32,000 nucleotides of DNA from Acholeplasma laidlawii PG-8A (GTDB taxonomy: Bacteria; Bacillota_I; Bacilli_A; Acholeplasmatales; Acholeplasmataceae): contig NC_010163.1 in the NCBI RefSeq assembly GCF_000018785.1, positions 540,001 to 572,000 on the forward strand. The letters run 5' to 3'. The position numbers and the translations under genes were made by a program. Below the pieces are notes generated by a model. The model searched no databases. It saw nothing but the letters and a program-made list of their open reading frames with translations, and had not been told where the DNA came from. Every line of letters starts with the position of its first letter. Positions within the stretch are counted from its first letter, which is position 1. Below, in pieces: positions 10,601-17,683 of this stretch.

Positions 10601-10742
10601 ATATACAATTACAGTTGAAATAGACGGCGTATCTAAATCTATTACACTTACATCAGTAATTCCTGGTATTCATACATGGAGTCAAAACTACGGATTCTTT
10701 AAACCAACACAAGCTTGGGCAAAAGCAGATTACCGTAAATAA
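4665..10742 (+). CDS. Very large surface lipoprotein: Big_2-like Ig repeats, two parallel beta-helix modules, Flg_new-like repeat with insertion, C-terminal N-acetylmuramoyl-L-alanine amidase (amidase_2)-like domain
   Basis: 2025 aa. Lipobox MKRRLLVLFMVILSFILVSC. Repeated ITLTATVLPxxATxKxVTWTTSxAELATVxNGVVTLLKEGVVTITAT. PbH-like NxFxNI/INIRSNEF repeats. Amidase signatures VLIHDTAN, VGWHAGDG, NLNSIGIEMNVN, RVIMHNTTDGKGDP. SD TTGGAGG upstream. Confidence 0.85.
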   Translation: MKRRLLVLFMVILSFILVSCTEIDEASFSFKDSEVTIKVGDSYTLDHEITQGLEVEYTMSAEGIISISGQTVTALAVGEVDVTATVVGKDLSDTIKIIVEAKEDPVVAVQSVAIAGDNAGLVGEAITLTATVLPQNATNKEVTWTTSDAELATVENGVVTLLKAGVVTITATSGEKSDTHEITISDVVVDVESVTIEGLSDGVEGSTITLTVSVLPVDATDKTVTWTTSNAELATVANGVVTLLKEGVVTITATSGEQSDTHEITINALVVNVDSVSVEGLNEGVVDGEITLTATVLPQNATNKEVTWTTSDAELATVVNGVVTLLKEGVVTITATADGKTDSFEITIGPKPIELESIEITGSSAGFIGDTINLTVTASPEGAQLPVVIWSVNISAYATVENGVVTLHRQGTVLVTATVNGISATHEITVQKVAAQIGSVNYGTIQDAITAASDSDTIVIFGGTHNEVLNITKSNLNFVPKENEQVILTNVINLTGNLENISFTNLEFTLDAQIKSTGTLKGFTFKNNLVYDTNLAGTTYAPISRINVNAFIQFYRLAGTNLFGDIHIEDNVFTNIKSDIISLDRTMVNAEINIKYNEFRNFEISAIRFDGGYNNGTYNITNNLFENDELGAYSAITFRAYAPESGNVQNIYIDDNTFVNIGTLSKNRDGDQPGSGVITFSTFNSNDTNVFVRNNEFTHTFNSIHLRGALTKWSATISGNTFTDSLGYIYFDTTKLAVFETNEFVDALGEAVDPTRVLEVIDPAYKLVRIAEPVLESFEISGFNAGQVSEELSLTLVATPPYFVFSDVVWTSSDEEVATVVDGVVTLLQEGVVTITATYGEMIETIEITVTAKMAAYLNEVGYVTIQEAITAAVSGDTIEVNKGEFSENLNIDKPLTLLGFDGHLTTLTGKVTIAKNIENVTIEGFNMTGNFQVISTGTLKGFSFRHNHVFDTNLIATGYAPNARTNVNAIIQFYAGAGTNVFGDIHIEFNTFNNIKSDIIALDRTMASSEINIRSNEFTNFKIGAIRFDGGYNNGTYNIEDNIFKNDVKQAETAILFRAYSASSGNLQTINIQRNLFENIGNEFNNPTDNYAQSAVIATSTYNSMNIDFNIIENVFVNTHNTVHLRKNETTTTLIYDVDVLRNTFENPTGYVFFEDGDLTLLEDNIYLDKMGQAVDASKVQDELTGGRRIIKILQDEAEYVIIRYTFNAETATYDISEEFKTGVVGSKVTVLSNPELGYFTEFEVYEGVILADGSLVIEIYYEVLVNSFTYELEFNGGNTFYENRDAMVNDWINDYNTFGGTSYVINELPRDTFGSSINIHTFFFDARFRDKWLWVAKYLGVVGSSTNRASAQNIVSRDSVTAFDAVNANYRYAFSYEVRGFMDGRKFTENANWQSADYSLRDLKYGFWSYLIADKQETVFLSQSEVQVLPTEVYLENYEFKGWFNNPEFTGDRIYEITEPTKLYAKFEEKNPVTSLTISNPIGEMIKGDTYDLVVDIAPTDAYNKLLLFTSSDVKVMSVSPEGTLTALNAGIAVITVTNHNGEIMTTMEVTVHPMDDVTLEFSSGFNGFINVGEEFTMTAVGVGKDNAGKTFTYVPEEDGIVELIGTNTFKALLPGTTLIDIFDGAELIYTYTVVVQGALDAEDRVDQLLDLLGNANNAVVNGLNVITYYTSGQEWSDPRYESVNLYLFDDYVVDRTTYPADPTKFSNRLMDSVEFVLIHDTANLNGGLASHGSFFANPANSIGIHYTTGDYGIVSSLPDEYVGWHAGDGTASSFQWHDTGIVVTDNEKPIIDISTDGFWTFNGQKSTVQAPRGDNNAILDKSYFTYQGPTWDVVGGKYVIGTHWFAKTQQARGVIASRGGNLNSIGIEMNVNRNADIIDTVQRTAKLVANLLEENNLSNNRVIMHNTTDGKGDPYTLNNTVYNGTWYFDRFMEHVAIERLVLSQFADATITFHSDSELLSDTGRVIAMPQVTTEVQYTITVEIDGVSKSITLTSVIPGIHTWSQNYGFFKPTQAWAKADYRK
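4982..5960 (+). repeat. Four tandem Big_2-like Ig repeats (about 246 nt / 82 aa each)
   Basis: Repeated peptide units. Nucleotide-level repeat 5043-5116 versus 5535-5608 differs at 1 of 74 positions, spacing 492 nt. Confidence 0.85.
5727..8240 (+). repeat. In-frame tandem duplication of an Ig-like + beta-helix module, 1260-nt period
   Basis: LESIEITGSSAG (5727) / LESFEISGFNAG (6987); AIRFDGGYNNGTYNI near 6481 / 7741; both pairs are offset by exactly 1260 nt. Confidence 0.85.
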
Positions 10743-10754
10743 CACATAATAAAA

Positions 10755-10792
10755 AAGCTGGTCCTACTATTAAAGTAAGACCAGCTTCTTTT
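10755..10792. terminator. Bidirectional terminator between convergent genes
   Basis: AAGCTGGTC (10755-10763) / GACCAGCTT (10779-10787), A-run before and T-rich tract after. Confidence 0.8.
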
Positions 10793-10818
10793 AGATACTT
10801 ATTAAAATTAGATTAAAA

Positions 10819-11322
10819 TTATCTTTCAAATTGTAATATGGAATAAATTAAAGAAGTAATACTTCCTAAGATAGCAAATACATAACCTAATATTGCACCA
10901 ATGGCTAAGTCTTGGCCTCCAAAAGTAGCAGTAACTTCATTACCTAAAATGGTAGTTACGTGTGTTGTATTTTGTGGAAGTTGAAAGAATAATACAATAG
11001 ATAAAGAAAATGTTAGTGTTAAGAGTAAACCGAAAATTAACTTGGACATGGATGTTTTTTTATCGTTAATCGTCGATAAAACAAAGATAATACTTATAAG
11101 TGCTGGTAAACTAAATGCTAACAAGTTTAATAGACTAAAATTCACTTTGTGATCTAAAAATCCACCGATTTGGAAAGTTTCACCACCGAATGTTGCTGTA
11201 ACACCGGTTACGATAGCTTCCCCATTGCTGTTTTGAAGTACGTTTAAAAACATACTACCAAAGATAAGTAGTGCTAGAAATAGTATAACAACTGGGAGAA
11301 AATTTTGTAATTTTTTTGTCAT
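10819..11322 (-). CDS. Small integral membrane protein of unknown function with duplicated motif
   Basis: 167 aa, several hydrophobic segments; VTATFGGETFQIGGFL and VTATFGGQDLAIGAIL. SD-like GGGGGTC upstream on the minus strand. Confidence 0.65.
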   Translation of the reverse strand: MTKKLQNFLPVVILFLALLIFGSMFLNVLQNSNGEAIVTGVTATFGGETFQIGGFLDHKVNFSLLNLLAFSLPALISIIFVLSTINDKKTSMSKLIFGLLLTLTFSLSIVLFFQLPQNTTHVTTILGNEVTATFGGQDLAIGAILGYVFAILGSITSLIYSILQFER

Positions 11323-11435
11323 AGTAATGACCCCCTTTTTTCTTATTATAATATAAAATTGTCTCTATTCAAAAGTATTTGATTTTAATCTTGGTTATAT
11401 CATGTTAAAATGGCAATAGGTAGGTGAGAATCGTG

Positions 11436-14400
11436 ATGCATAAAAATGAACTATTAGAACAACTAAATGATTTGAGAACTGAACTTAGACTTTCGCATTT
11501 TAATAAAACCGGAGAGCAAATAATCATAATAAGTGATGCTGCTCTTTTTGAGGTGGCTCAAAAAAGACCTCTAAAACTAAATGAGTTTAATGCGATTTCT
11601 GGTCTTGATACAGATTTTAATAAGAAATATGCCCAGGAATTTATAAGTATTATTAAATCATTTAATCAGTCAAATATAAAGTCCGTTAAAGTATCTAAAC
11701 AAGCAAGTAAAGTACTACACCACTATAAAGATAGACTCACAAACATGTCTAAAACAAATTCCAATCTTTATATGGGACAAATCTATCAAAATCATAGTTT
11801 CGATTTAACTTTAATTGAAAATAACTTTGAACTAAAAGACTATTTAATTAATAATCGCATTAAGAACTTAAAACTTAACTATAGAAGTGATGCCGATGAA
11901 AGACATATAACAAAACTCTATAGAGAAGTAAATAAGACCCAAATAGAAACAGGTAGTTATAACCTTTATATTGCTTACCCTTATGTGGAAGGTATCTTTA
12001 GTAAGGATAAGTTTCCGATTAAAGCACCACTACTTTATTTTCCTGTAAAAATTGAGCGAACCCTTCGTACATTTACATTAAAAAAAGATAGTGAAAGAGA
12101 TGTTATTTTTAATAGAGACTTATTGTTGATTACATCTAAAATGGAAAAATCATCCATGGATTTTAACGCACCTGAAGTCACAGATTTCAATGAAAAAGTA
12201 CTTCATGAGGTTGTTATCCCATTCTACGAAAAACATGGCATATCCATTGATGTAGATTCAAAACACATAGAGTTCATCTCTTTTAAAAATGAATTGAAAG
12301 AAGATTTTGTAAAGGTTCATCGTCCTAAGTTTAAACTACAACCTTATGCAACGTTATCAAGATTTCAACTCTACTCATCCAGTATTCAAAAAGACATGGA
12401 ACGTATCTTATCTTCTAAACAGTATAATGATCTGCTTGAAGGTTTAATCGATGAAACGAACCTTTTTAAGCAAGAAGTATCTAAACCTATGGAAATATCA
12501 GGTGAACCCATTCATGAAGATAAAATCAGCTATATAAACGATTTAAACTTCAGTCAAGAACGTGTCATTGATTTACTAAATGATGAGAAGAAAATTGTCA
12601 TATGGGGTCCACCGGGTACCGGTAAAAGTCAAACCATCACCTCATTAATTGCATCCAGTATTTTAAAGGGTGAAAATGTCTTAGTGGTCTCCGAAAAAAA
12701 GGTTGCTCTAGATGTTATTTACTCTAGATTAAAAAAAGCATCGAAATATGCCATGTTTATTGATGATGCAGAAAATAAACAAGATTTTTATTATAAATTA
12801 AATCATTTTCTAGAACCGGAACCACCTGTTCGTACACTCAATAATGATATCTATGCCTTAGAATCGGAAATTAAAAGACAATTAAATGATATGGAAAAAT
12901 CACTTCAATTACTTTACGGGCACACATTTGAAAATAAGCCTGTATTTGAACTCTTTTCTAGATATATTAAGGATAAAGACATTAAACTTCACTTAACACC
13001 TTATGATGTACATAAGATGTTTCATGAAGTCTATAAAAAACCAAGTTTTCAAATGATTGAGGCACTAGAAAAAACTTTCGATAATGATGCACACCTTAAA
13101 CGTATGATGGATTTAGATTGGTACTTAGAAAAGTATCCAGTGCTACAAAAATTAGAAACAAAAATACCAAGAAGCCAAAAACTGATGTTTGATCAAATGC
13201 ATGAAAAGTATCTTCAGCTAAAAACAACCTATCAAAGATCAGGTATCTTTAAAAGAAGCAAACTTAAGAAAACATTTATAAAAACATACATCGATGAAAT
13301 AACTTATTTAAGTGTCAAAAAAAGTATCAGAAAGAAGTATTTAAATCAATTATTTGTGGATGATAGATTACATAGTTATGTCTTTGAAAATATGAACCGT
13401 TTAAATAAATTAATGACGATTTATCAAACGCTAAAACCGTTTGAAAAAACGTTCTTAAAGATAATGCATTCACATCCAAAAGTAAAAGGTATAGATGAAA
13501 ATTATAAACTAAGAACTTATATTTTTGAAGCTTATTATTCAGGCTTTATTGAGGTCTTTAAGTCTGAACACCAAAAACATTTATATATCTTTGATAATTA
13601 TCAAGAAAAGGTTGATAAGATTAAAGAAATCATGCATCAAAAAATGTTGGTTACTAATGAATCGTTTGAAATGGAACTTTATAAACATGCACTTAATTTA
13701 AATAATACAAAACGTATTATGGATATTAAAAGAGTGTTTGATTTGACGAATAAACCAAGCATTAAGTCTTTTATAGAAACCTTCCAACTAGAAATGAAAA
13801 GTCACATCAGGTTATGGATGATGACACCAGAAGTGGTATCAGCTATTTTACCCTTAGAACACGGTATGTTTGATTTAGTTATCTTTGATGAGGCAAGCCA
13901 AATGTATGTAGAAAAAGGTATACCTGCAATTTATAGAGCTAAAAAAGTTGTTATTGCAGGAGACCCTAAACAACTTAGACCAAGTAGTTTAGGTACAGGT
14001 AGAACAGATGAACTGGATGAGTTTTATGAAGATGATGTCTTTAAAGAAGTATCGTTAGATGCTAAAAGTTTATTAGACCTTGCAAGATACCGCTTTAAAG
14101 AAGCACTACTAAATTATCACTACCGCTCGACGTATGAGGAATTAATCGCGTTTTCTAACCACGCATTTTATGATGCCAAGTTAATGATTTCACCAAATCA
14201 AAAAAAGGCGGTTGAACCACCGATTGAATATATATATGTTAAAGATGGTATGTTTGAAAATAGAAGAAATAAAAAAGAAGCAACTAAAGTTGTTGAAGTG
14301 ATTAAAAAGATACTAAGAACAAGACAACATAATGAATCCATTGGTGTGATTACATTTAATAGTACTCAAAGAGATGCTATTGAAAATGCAATCGATCAAG

Positions 14401-15146
14401 AACTCTTTAAAAAAGGAACATATCAAAAAGCGTTTGAACAAGAACTGTTTAGAAAAGAAGACGGTGAAGATAAATCATTATTCGTTAAAAATATTGAAAA
14501 CGTTCAAGGTGATGAAAGAGATATCATAATTTTTTCAATGGGATATGCTAAAAACAGCCAAGGACAAGTGATGAGACGATTTGGGTGGCTTAACCATGAT
14601 GGCGGACAAAACAGGCTTAATGTGGCTATTACACGCGCCAAACAAAAGATTTATTTCATATCTAGTTTGTATCCGGAAGAATTTAAAGTAGAAGACTTAA
14701 GTTCGACTGGTCCAAAGTTATTAAAAGATTTTATGAGATATTGTTACTATGTTTCAAATGAAAACGAGGCACTTGCTAAAGAGGTATTAAATCATTTACA
14801 TAGTACAGAGATTGAAACCAGAAATATGCTTATAACACATATGGTAGATGATGTTAAGAAGCGTTTAGAAAGATTAGGGTTTGACGTTGATTTAAATGTT
14901 GGTATTGGTAAATATAAAATCAATCTAGCAATTAAAGATGATAAACAAAAAGCCTATAAGTTAGGTATCTTAACAGATGTAGGTCTAAATGATTTAAATG
15001 CAAGGCGAGATTTACTACATCAAGAAAAATACTTAGAGTCTAGGGGATGGACCGTATATAGATTGTTAGAATCGAATTGGTATACAGATCCTAATAAAGA
15101 GTTAAAACAAATTAAAGATTTAATGAAAATAGAAAAGAGTAATTAA
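11436..15146 (+). CDS. Superfamily 1 DNA/RNA helicase (COG1112/Dna2-like) with N-terminal HRDC-like segment and C-terminal Vsr/PD-(D/E)XK-like domain
   Basis: Walker A WGPPGTGKSQTI, motif II LVIFDEASQM, GDPKQLRPS, LDYHYRS-type (LLNYHYRS), VNVAITRAK-type (LNVAITRAK). ORF track begins at GTG 11424, but SD AGGTGAG (11422-11428) favours ATG 11436. Confidence 0.85.
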   Translation: MHKNELLEQLNDLRTELRLSHFNKTGEQIIIISDAALFEVAQKRPLKLNEFNAISGLDTDFNKKYAQEFISIIKSFNQSNIKSVKVSKQASKVLHHYKDRLTNMSKTNSNLYMGQIYQNHSFDLTLIENNFELKDYLINNRIKNLKLNYRSDADERHITKLYREVNKTQIETGSYNLYIAYPYVEGIFSKDKFPIKAPLLYFPVKIERTLRTFTLKKDSERDVIFNRDLLLITSKMEKSSMDFNAPEVTDFNEKVLHEVVIPFYEKHGISIDVDSKHIEFISFKNELKEDFVKVHRPKFKLQPYATLSRFQLYSSSIQKDMERILSSKQYNDLLEGLIDETNLFKQEVSKPMEISGEPIHEDKISYINDLNFSQERVIDLLNDEKKIVIWGPPGTGKSQTITSLIASSILKGENVLVVSEKKVALDVIYSRLKKASKYAMFIDDAENKQDFYYKLNHFLEPEPPVRTLNNDIYALESEIKRQLNDMEKSLQLLYGHTFENKPVFELFSRYIKDKDIKLHLTPYDVHKMFHEVYKKPSFQMIEALEKTFDNDAHLKRMMDLDWYLEKYPVLQKLETKIPRSQKLMFDQMHEKYLQLKTTYQRSGIFKRSKLKKTFIKTYIDEITYLSVKKSIRKKYLNQLFVDDRLHSYVFENMNRLNKLMTIYQTLKPFEKTFLKIMHSHPKVKGIDENYKLRTYIFEAYYSGFIEVFKSEHQKHLYIFDNYQEKVDKIKEIMHQKMLVTNESFEMELYKHALNLNNTKRIMDIKRVFDLTNKPSIKSFIETFQLEMKSHIRLWMMTPEVVSAILPLEHGMFDLVIFDEASQMYVEKGIPAIYRAKKVVIAGDPKQLRPSSLGTGRTDELDEFYEDDVFKEVSLDAKSLLDLARYRFKEALLNYHYRSTYEELIAFSNHAFYDAKLMISPNQKKAVEPPIEYIYVKDGMFENRRNKKEATKVVEVIKKILRTRQHNESIGVITFNSTQRDAIENAIDQELFKKGTYQKAFEQELFRKEDGEDKSLFVKNIENVQGDERDIIIFSMGYAKNSQGQVMRRFGWLNHDGGQNRLNVAITRAKQKIYFISSLYPEEFKVEDLSSTGPKLLKDFMRYCYYVSNENEALAKEVLNHLHSTEIETRNMLITHMVDDVKKRLERLGFDVDLNVGIGKYKINLAIKDDKQKAYKLGILTDVGLNDLNARRDLLHQEKYLESRGWTVYRLLESNWYTDPNKELKQIKDLMKIEKSN

Positions 15147-15149
15147 CAC

Positions 15150-15443
15150 ATGAAACCTGTATTTATATATATTTATGTTGTGGTGTGGATATTTATATCA
15201 CTCATTACCTATGTAGCTTATTTAATGGATAAAGAACGTGCAAAAAAAGGTACGTGGCGTATTAAAGAAAAACACTTATTATTACTGACTGTTTTTATGG
15301 GTTCTATTGGTGGACTCATGGGCTTATATGTTGTAAGACATAAAACGAAACATTGGTATTTTGTAGTGATTAATTGGTTATCGTTTTTCTTACACCTTTA
15401 CCTACTGTATTTTATTTATAGTCAAGTAGGCATAGCTAATTAG
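15150..15443 (+). CDS. DUF1294-type small membrane protein
   Basis: 97 aa; YLMDKERAKKGTWRIKEKHLLLLTVFMGSIGGLMGLYVVRHKTKHWYF matches the DUF1294 pattern. Confidence 0.85.
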   Translation: MKPVFIYIYVVVWIFISLITYVAYLMDKERAKKGTWRIKEKHLLLLTVFMGSIGGLMGLYVVRHKTKHWYFVVINWLSFFLHLYLLYFIYSQVGIAN

Positions 15444-15581
15444 GTTCAAATAACTAAAATCTTTACTTTTTTATCATTTATTTAATAAATTTGGTGGATT
15501 TTATCCGTATCATTTTAATTATTCGCTAATTAGTAGTAAAATGAATATAGAATTATAATAATATATAGGGGGAATTTTAAT

Positions 15582-16190
15582 ATGAATTTCAATGATTTAT
15601 TTCCAGGCGGCCTAGATACTTGGGCACTAGAAGAGTGGTTAATCGTAGGAGTAGGTTTACTAGTTGTTATTTTAATACTGTTTTTACTGCTTAAACCAAA
15701 GAAGAAAAAGACGCTACCTTATACTGAGGTTAAAGCTGTTCCTAAGACCGAACCTAAATCTTCACCGATTACAGAACAAAAAGTTGAACAAGTTGAACCA
15801 ACAATAAAAGTAGAAGATAGACCTAAAGAAGATCAAAAACCTGTAGTTGAAGAAAAACCAGTTGCTAAAACTCAGGCTAAAGCTGCACCTAAAAAGGCAT
15901 CTAATACTAAAGAAGCACCTTCTGAAAAAGAAGAAAAACCTGCAACTGACACTGACAAAGTTGTTAAATATCATGTATCACAAAATAAAGATGAAAAATC
16001 AGAGTTTAAAAATCAGTGGCGTGTCAGAAAACAAGGTTCACAAAAAACTATTAAGTACTTTAAAACTCAGGCTGAAGCCATTGCATTCGCAGAGACTCTA
16101 GCTGAGAATAATGATACATCCATTGTCATCCATAAACGCGATGGATCCATTAGGAAACAAGATTATACAAAGAAGAAATCCTCTAACTAG
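15582..16190 (+). CDS. Single-pass membrane protein with K/E/P-rich linker and C-terminal DUF2188-like domain
   Basis: TM segment VGVGLLVVILILFLLL, low-complexity linker, then WRVRKQGSQKTIKYFKTQAEAIAFAETLAENNDTSIVIHKRDGSIRKQ. Confidence 0.75.
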   Translation: MNFNDLFPGGLDTWALEEWLIVGVGLLVVILILFLLLKPKKKKTLPYTEVKAVPKTEPKSSPITEQKVEQVEPTIKVEDRPKEDQKPVVEEKPVAKTQAKAAPKKASNTKEAPSEKEEKPATDTDKVVKYHVSQNKDEKSEFKNQWRVRKQGSQKTIKYFKTQAEAIAFAETLAENNDTSIVIHKRDGSIRKQDYTKKKSSN

Positions 16191-16200
16191 AGGATTTTTA
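16176..16200 (+). terminator. Terminator overlapping the stop codon of the DUF2188 gene
   Basis: AAATCCTCT-AACT-AGAGGATTT then TTA; the TAG stop is at 16188-16190. Confidence 0.75.
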
Positions 16201-16238
16201 TTTGCTATGTTACAATAGATGTAAAGAGGGTGATACTC

Positions 16239-16910
16239 ATGTGTGGACGTTTTACACTAACTGTGTCAAAAGCTCAATTAGAAGCCTTACTAAAGACCAG
16301 ATATGATATTTTAGATAGTCCCAACTTTCAACTACCAAGATATAATATTAGTCCATCTAATGAAGTGGTTAGTATTTTACATGATGGTAAAAGACATCGA
16401 GTTGGCCAGTTAAAATGGGGCTTTAGACCAAAGTTTTCATCAACAGATAAACCTTTAGAAATCATTAATATCAAGGGTGAAACAGTATTTGAAAAACCAA
16501 TCTTTAAAGAAAGTGTTCTAAAAAGACGCTGCAGTATTTTAGCAGACAGTTTTTTTGAATGGAACAGAGATAAAAGTGATAAAAACCCTTATAGATTTAT
16601 GACCGATAATGGACTGTTTGCGATGGCAGCAATCTGGCAAACAGTAGAAACTAAAACGGGTGAAAAGATACATACGGTTGCAATCATTACAACTGAAAGT
16701 AATAAACTTATGCATGCTATTCATGATAGGATGCCGGTTATATTAACTAAGGAAGAAGAACAAACTTGGCTAAATAATCAAATTAAAGATGTAAAGACAT
16801 TAGAAAAATTAATTAAGCCTTTTGATGCAGAACATATGTATTATGAAAGAGTTTCAACCTTAGTAAATAACCCTAAAAATGATGATATCGCAGTCATTGC
16901 AAAAATATAG
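16239..16910 (+). CDS. SOS response-associated peptidase (SRAP / YedK / HMCES family)
   Basis: MCGRFTL with Cys2 generated by ATG 16239; NISPSN, WGFRPKFS, ADSFFEW, AIHDRMPVIL motifs. The GTG 16230 start in the ORF track would remove Cys from position 2. Confidence 0.92.
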   Translation: MCGRFTLTVSKAQLEALLKTRYDILDSPNFQLPRYNISPSNEVVSILHDGKRHRVGQLKWGFRPKFSSTDKPLEIINIKGETVFEKPIFKESVLKRRCSILADSFFEWNRDKSDKNPYRFMTDNGLFAMAAIWQTVETKTGEKIHTVAIITTESNKLMHAIHDRMPVILTKEEEQTWLNNQIKDVKTLEKLIKPFDAEHMYYERVSTLVNNPKNDDIAVIAKI

Positions 16911-16926
16911 ACGAGGAAGATAAAAA

Positions 16927-17682
16927 ATGGATAGATTAAGAAGATTAGGTGACATCTTACAAGCATTTGATGCTTATGATGTTTTTGAGTATTATAAATT
17001 AAATGGTGCTTCTGCACTACAATTTTTAATTATTGATTTAGGATTTGTAACAAATGAACTCAACTTTGATTTAGATACAAATTTAGATATTAAAAAAGTA
17101 AATGAATTAAGAAATATAGTAAACCGTGAACTACCAAAAATATTACAACAAAAAAACTTTAGTTTAGATGTGAAGCACACACAATTAACAGGCAGGATTG
17201 ACAGTTATGCGATCATTGATAATACAACGAAGCATGAGTATAAATTAAACTTTAATTATTTAAACCGTGTTCACGTATTAAACCCGGAATACTTTGCAAG
17301 AAAAGATAATCAGTTTGAGGATTTACATATATACGCCTTATCAACACTTGAAAACTATGCCAAGTTTTTTGTTGAAATATTTGAAGGTAAACCTTTTATC
17401 AATGTACTTGATCATGTAATTGCATCCAACAAAATTATGCCTCAACAATACCCTTTTATCAAAAAAATGGTGCTTTTTTACATAGCAATTAGTGATATGA
17501 AGCAACAAATTAATTTAGATTTAATGCCGCTTAAGTTAAAAACTTTACTTAACTTTAACGAAAACGATCTTTTATTTTTAGATAAAGTAAATCAGGGTGT
17601 ATTAGACATACCTATGATTTTACCTCCAACCATGGCATCAAAACTAGATAATCATCCGAAAGTTAAATTAATGAGGCAATAA
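16927..17682 (+). CDS. Highly diverged AbiEii-like nucleotidyltransferase-fold protein (tentative)
   Basis: VFEYYKLNGASALQFLIIDLGFVTNELNFDLDTNLD and EYKLNFNYLNRVHVLNPEYF resemble AbiEii (LKGGTALNLFYLDLPRLSVDIDLNYIGSLD; KIDINYLNRVPLL), with catalytic-type residues not conserved. Confidence 0.4.
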   Translation: MDRLRRLGDILQAFDAYDVFEYYKLNGASALQFLIIDLGFVTNELNFDLDTNLDIKKVNELRNIVNRELPKILQQKNFSLDVKHTQLTGRIDSYAIIDNTTKHEYKLNFNYLNRVHVLNPEYFARKDNQFEDLHIYALSTLENYAKFFVEIFEGKPFINVLDHVIASNKIMPQQYPFIKKMVLFYIAISDMKQQINLDLMPLKLKTLLNFNENDLLFLDKVNQGVLDIPMILPPTMASKLDNHPKVKLMRQ

Positions 17683-17683
17683 A

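Noticed and set aside
15762-16101. Overlapping ORFs 15762..15974 (-) and 15847..16101 (+)
   Set aside because: Low-complexity by-products of the lysine-rich linker of the DUF2188-like protein.
16539-17180. Minus-strand ORFs 16539..16724 and 16992..17180
   Set aside because: Antisense to the SRAP and AbiEii-like genes; no SD or recognisable domain.
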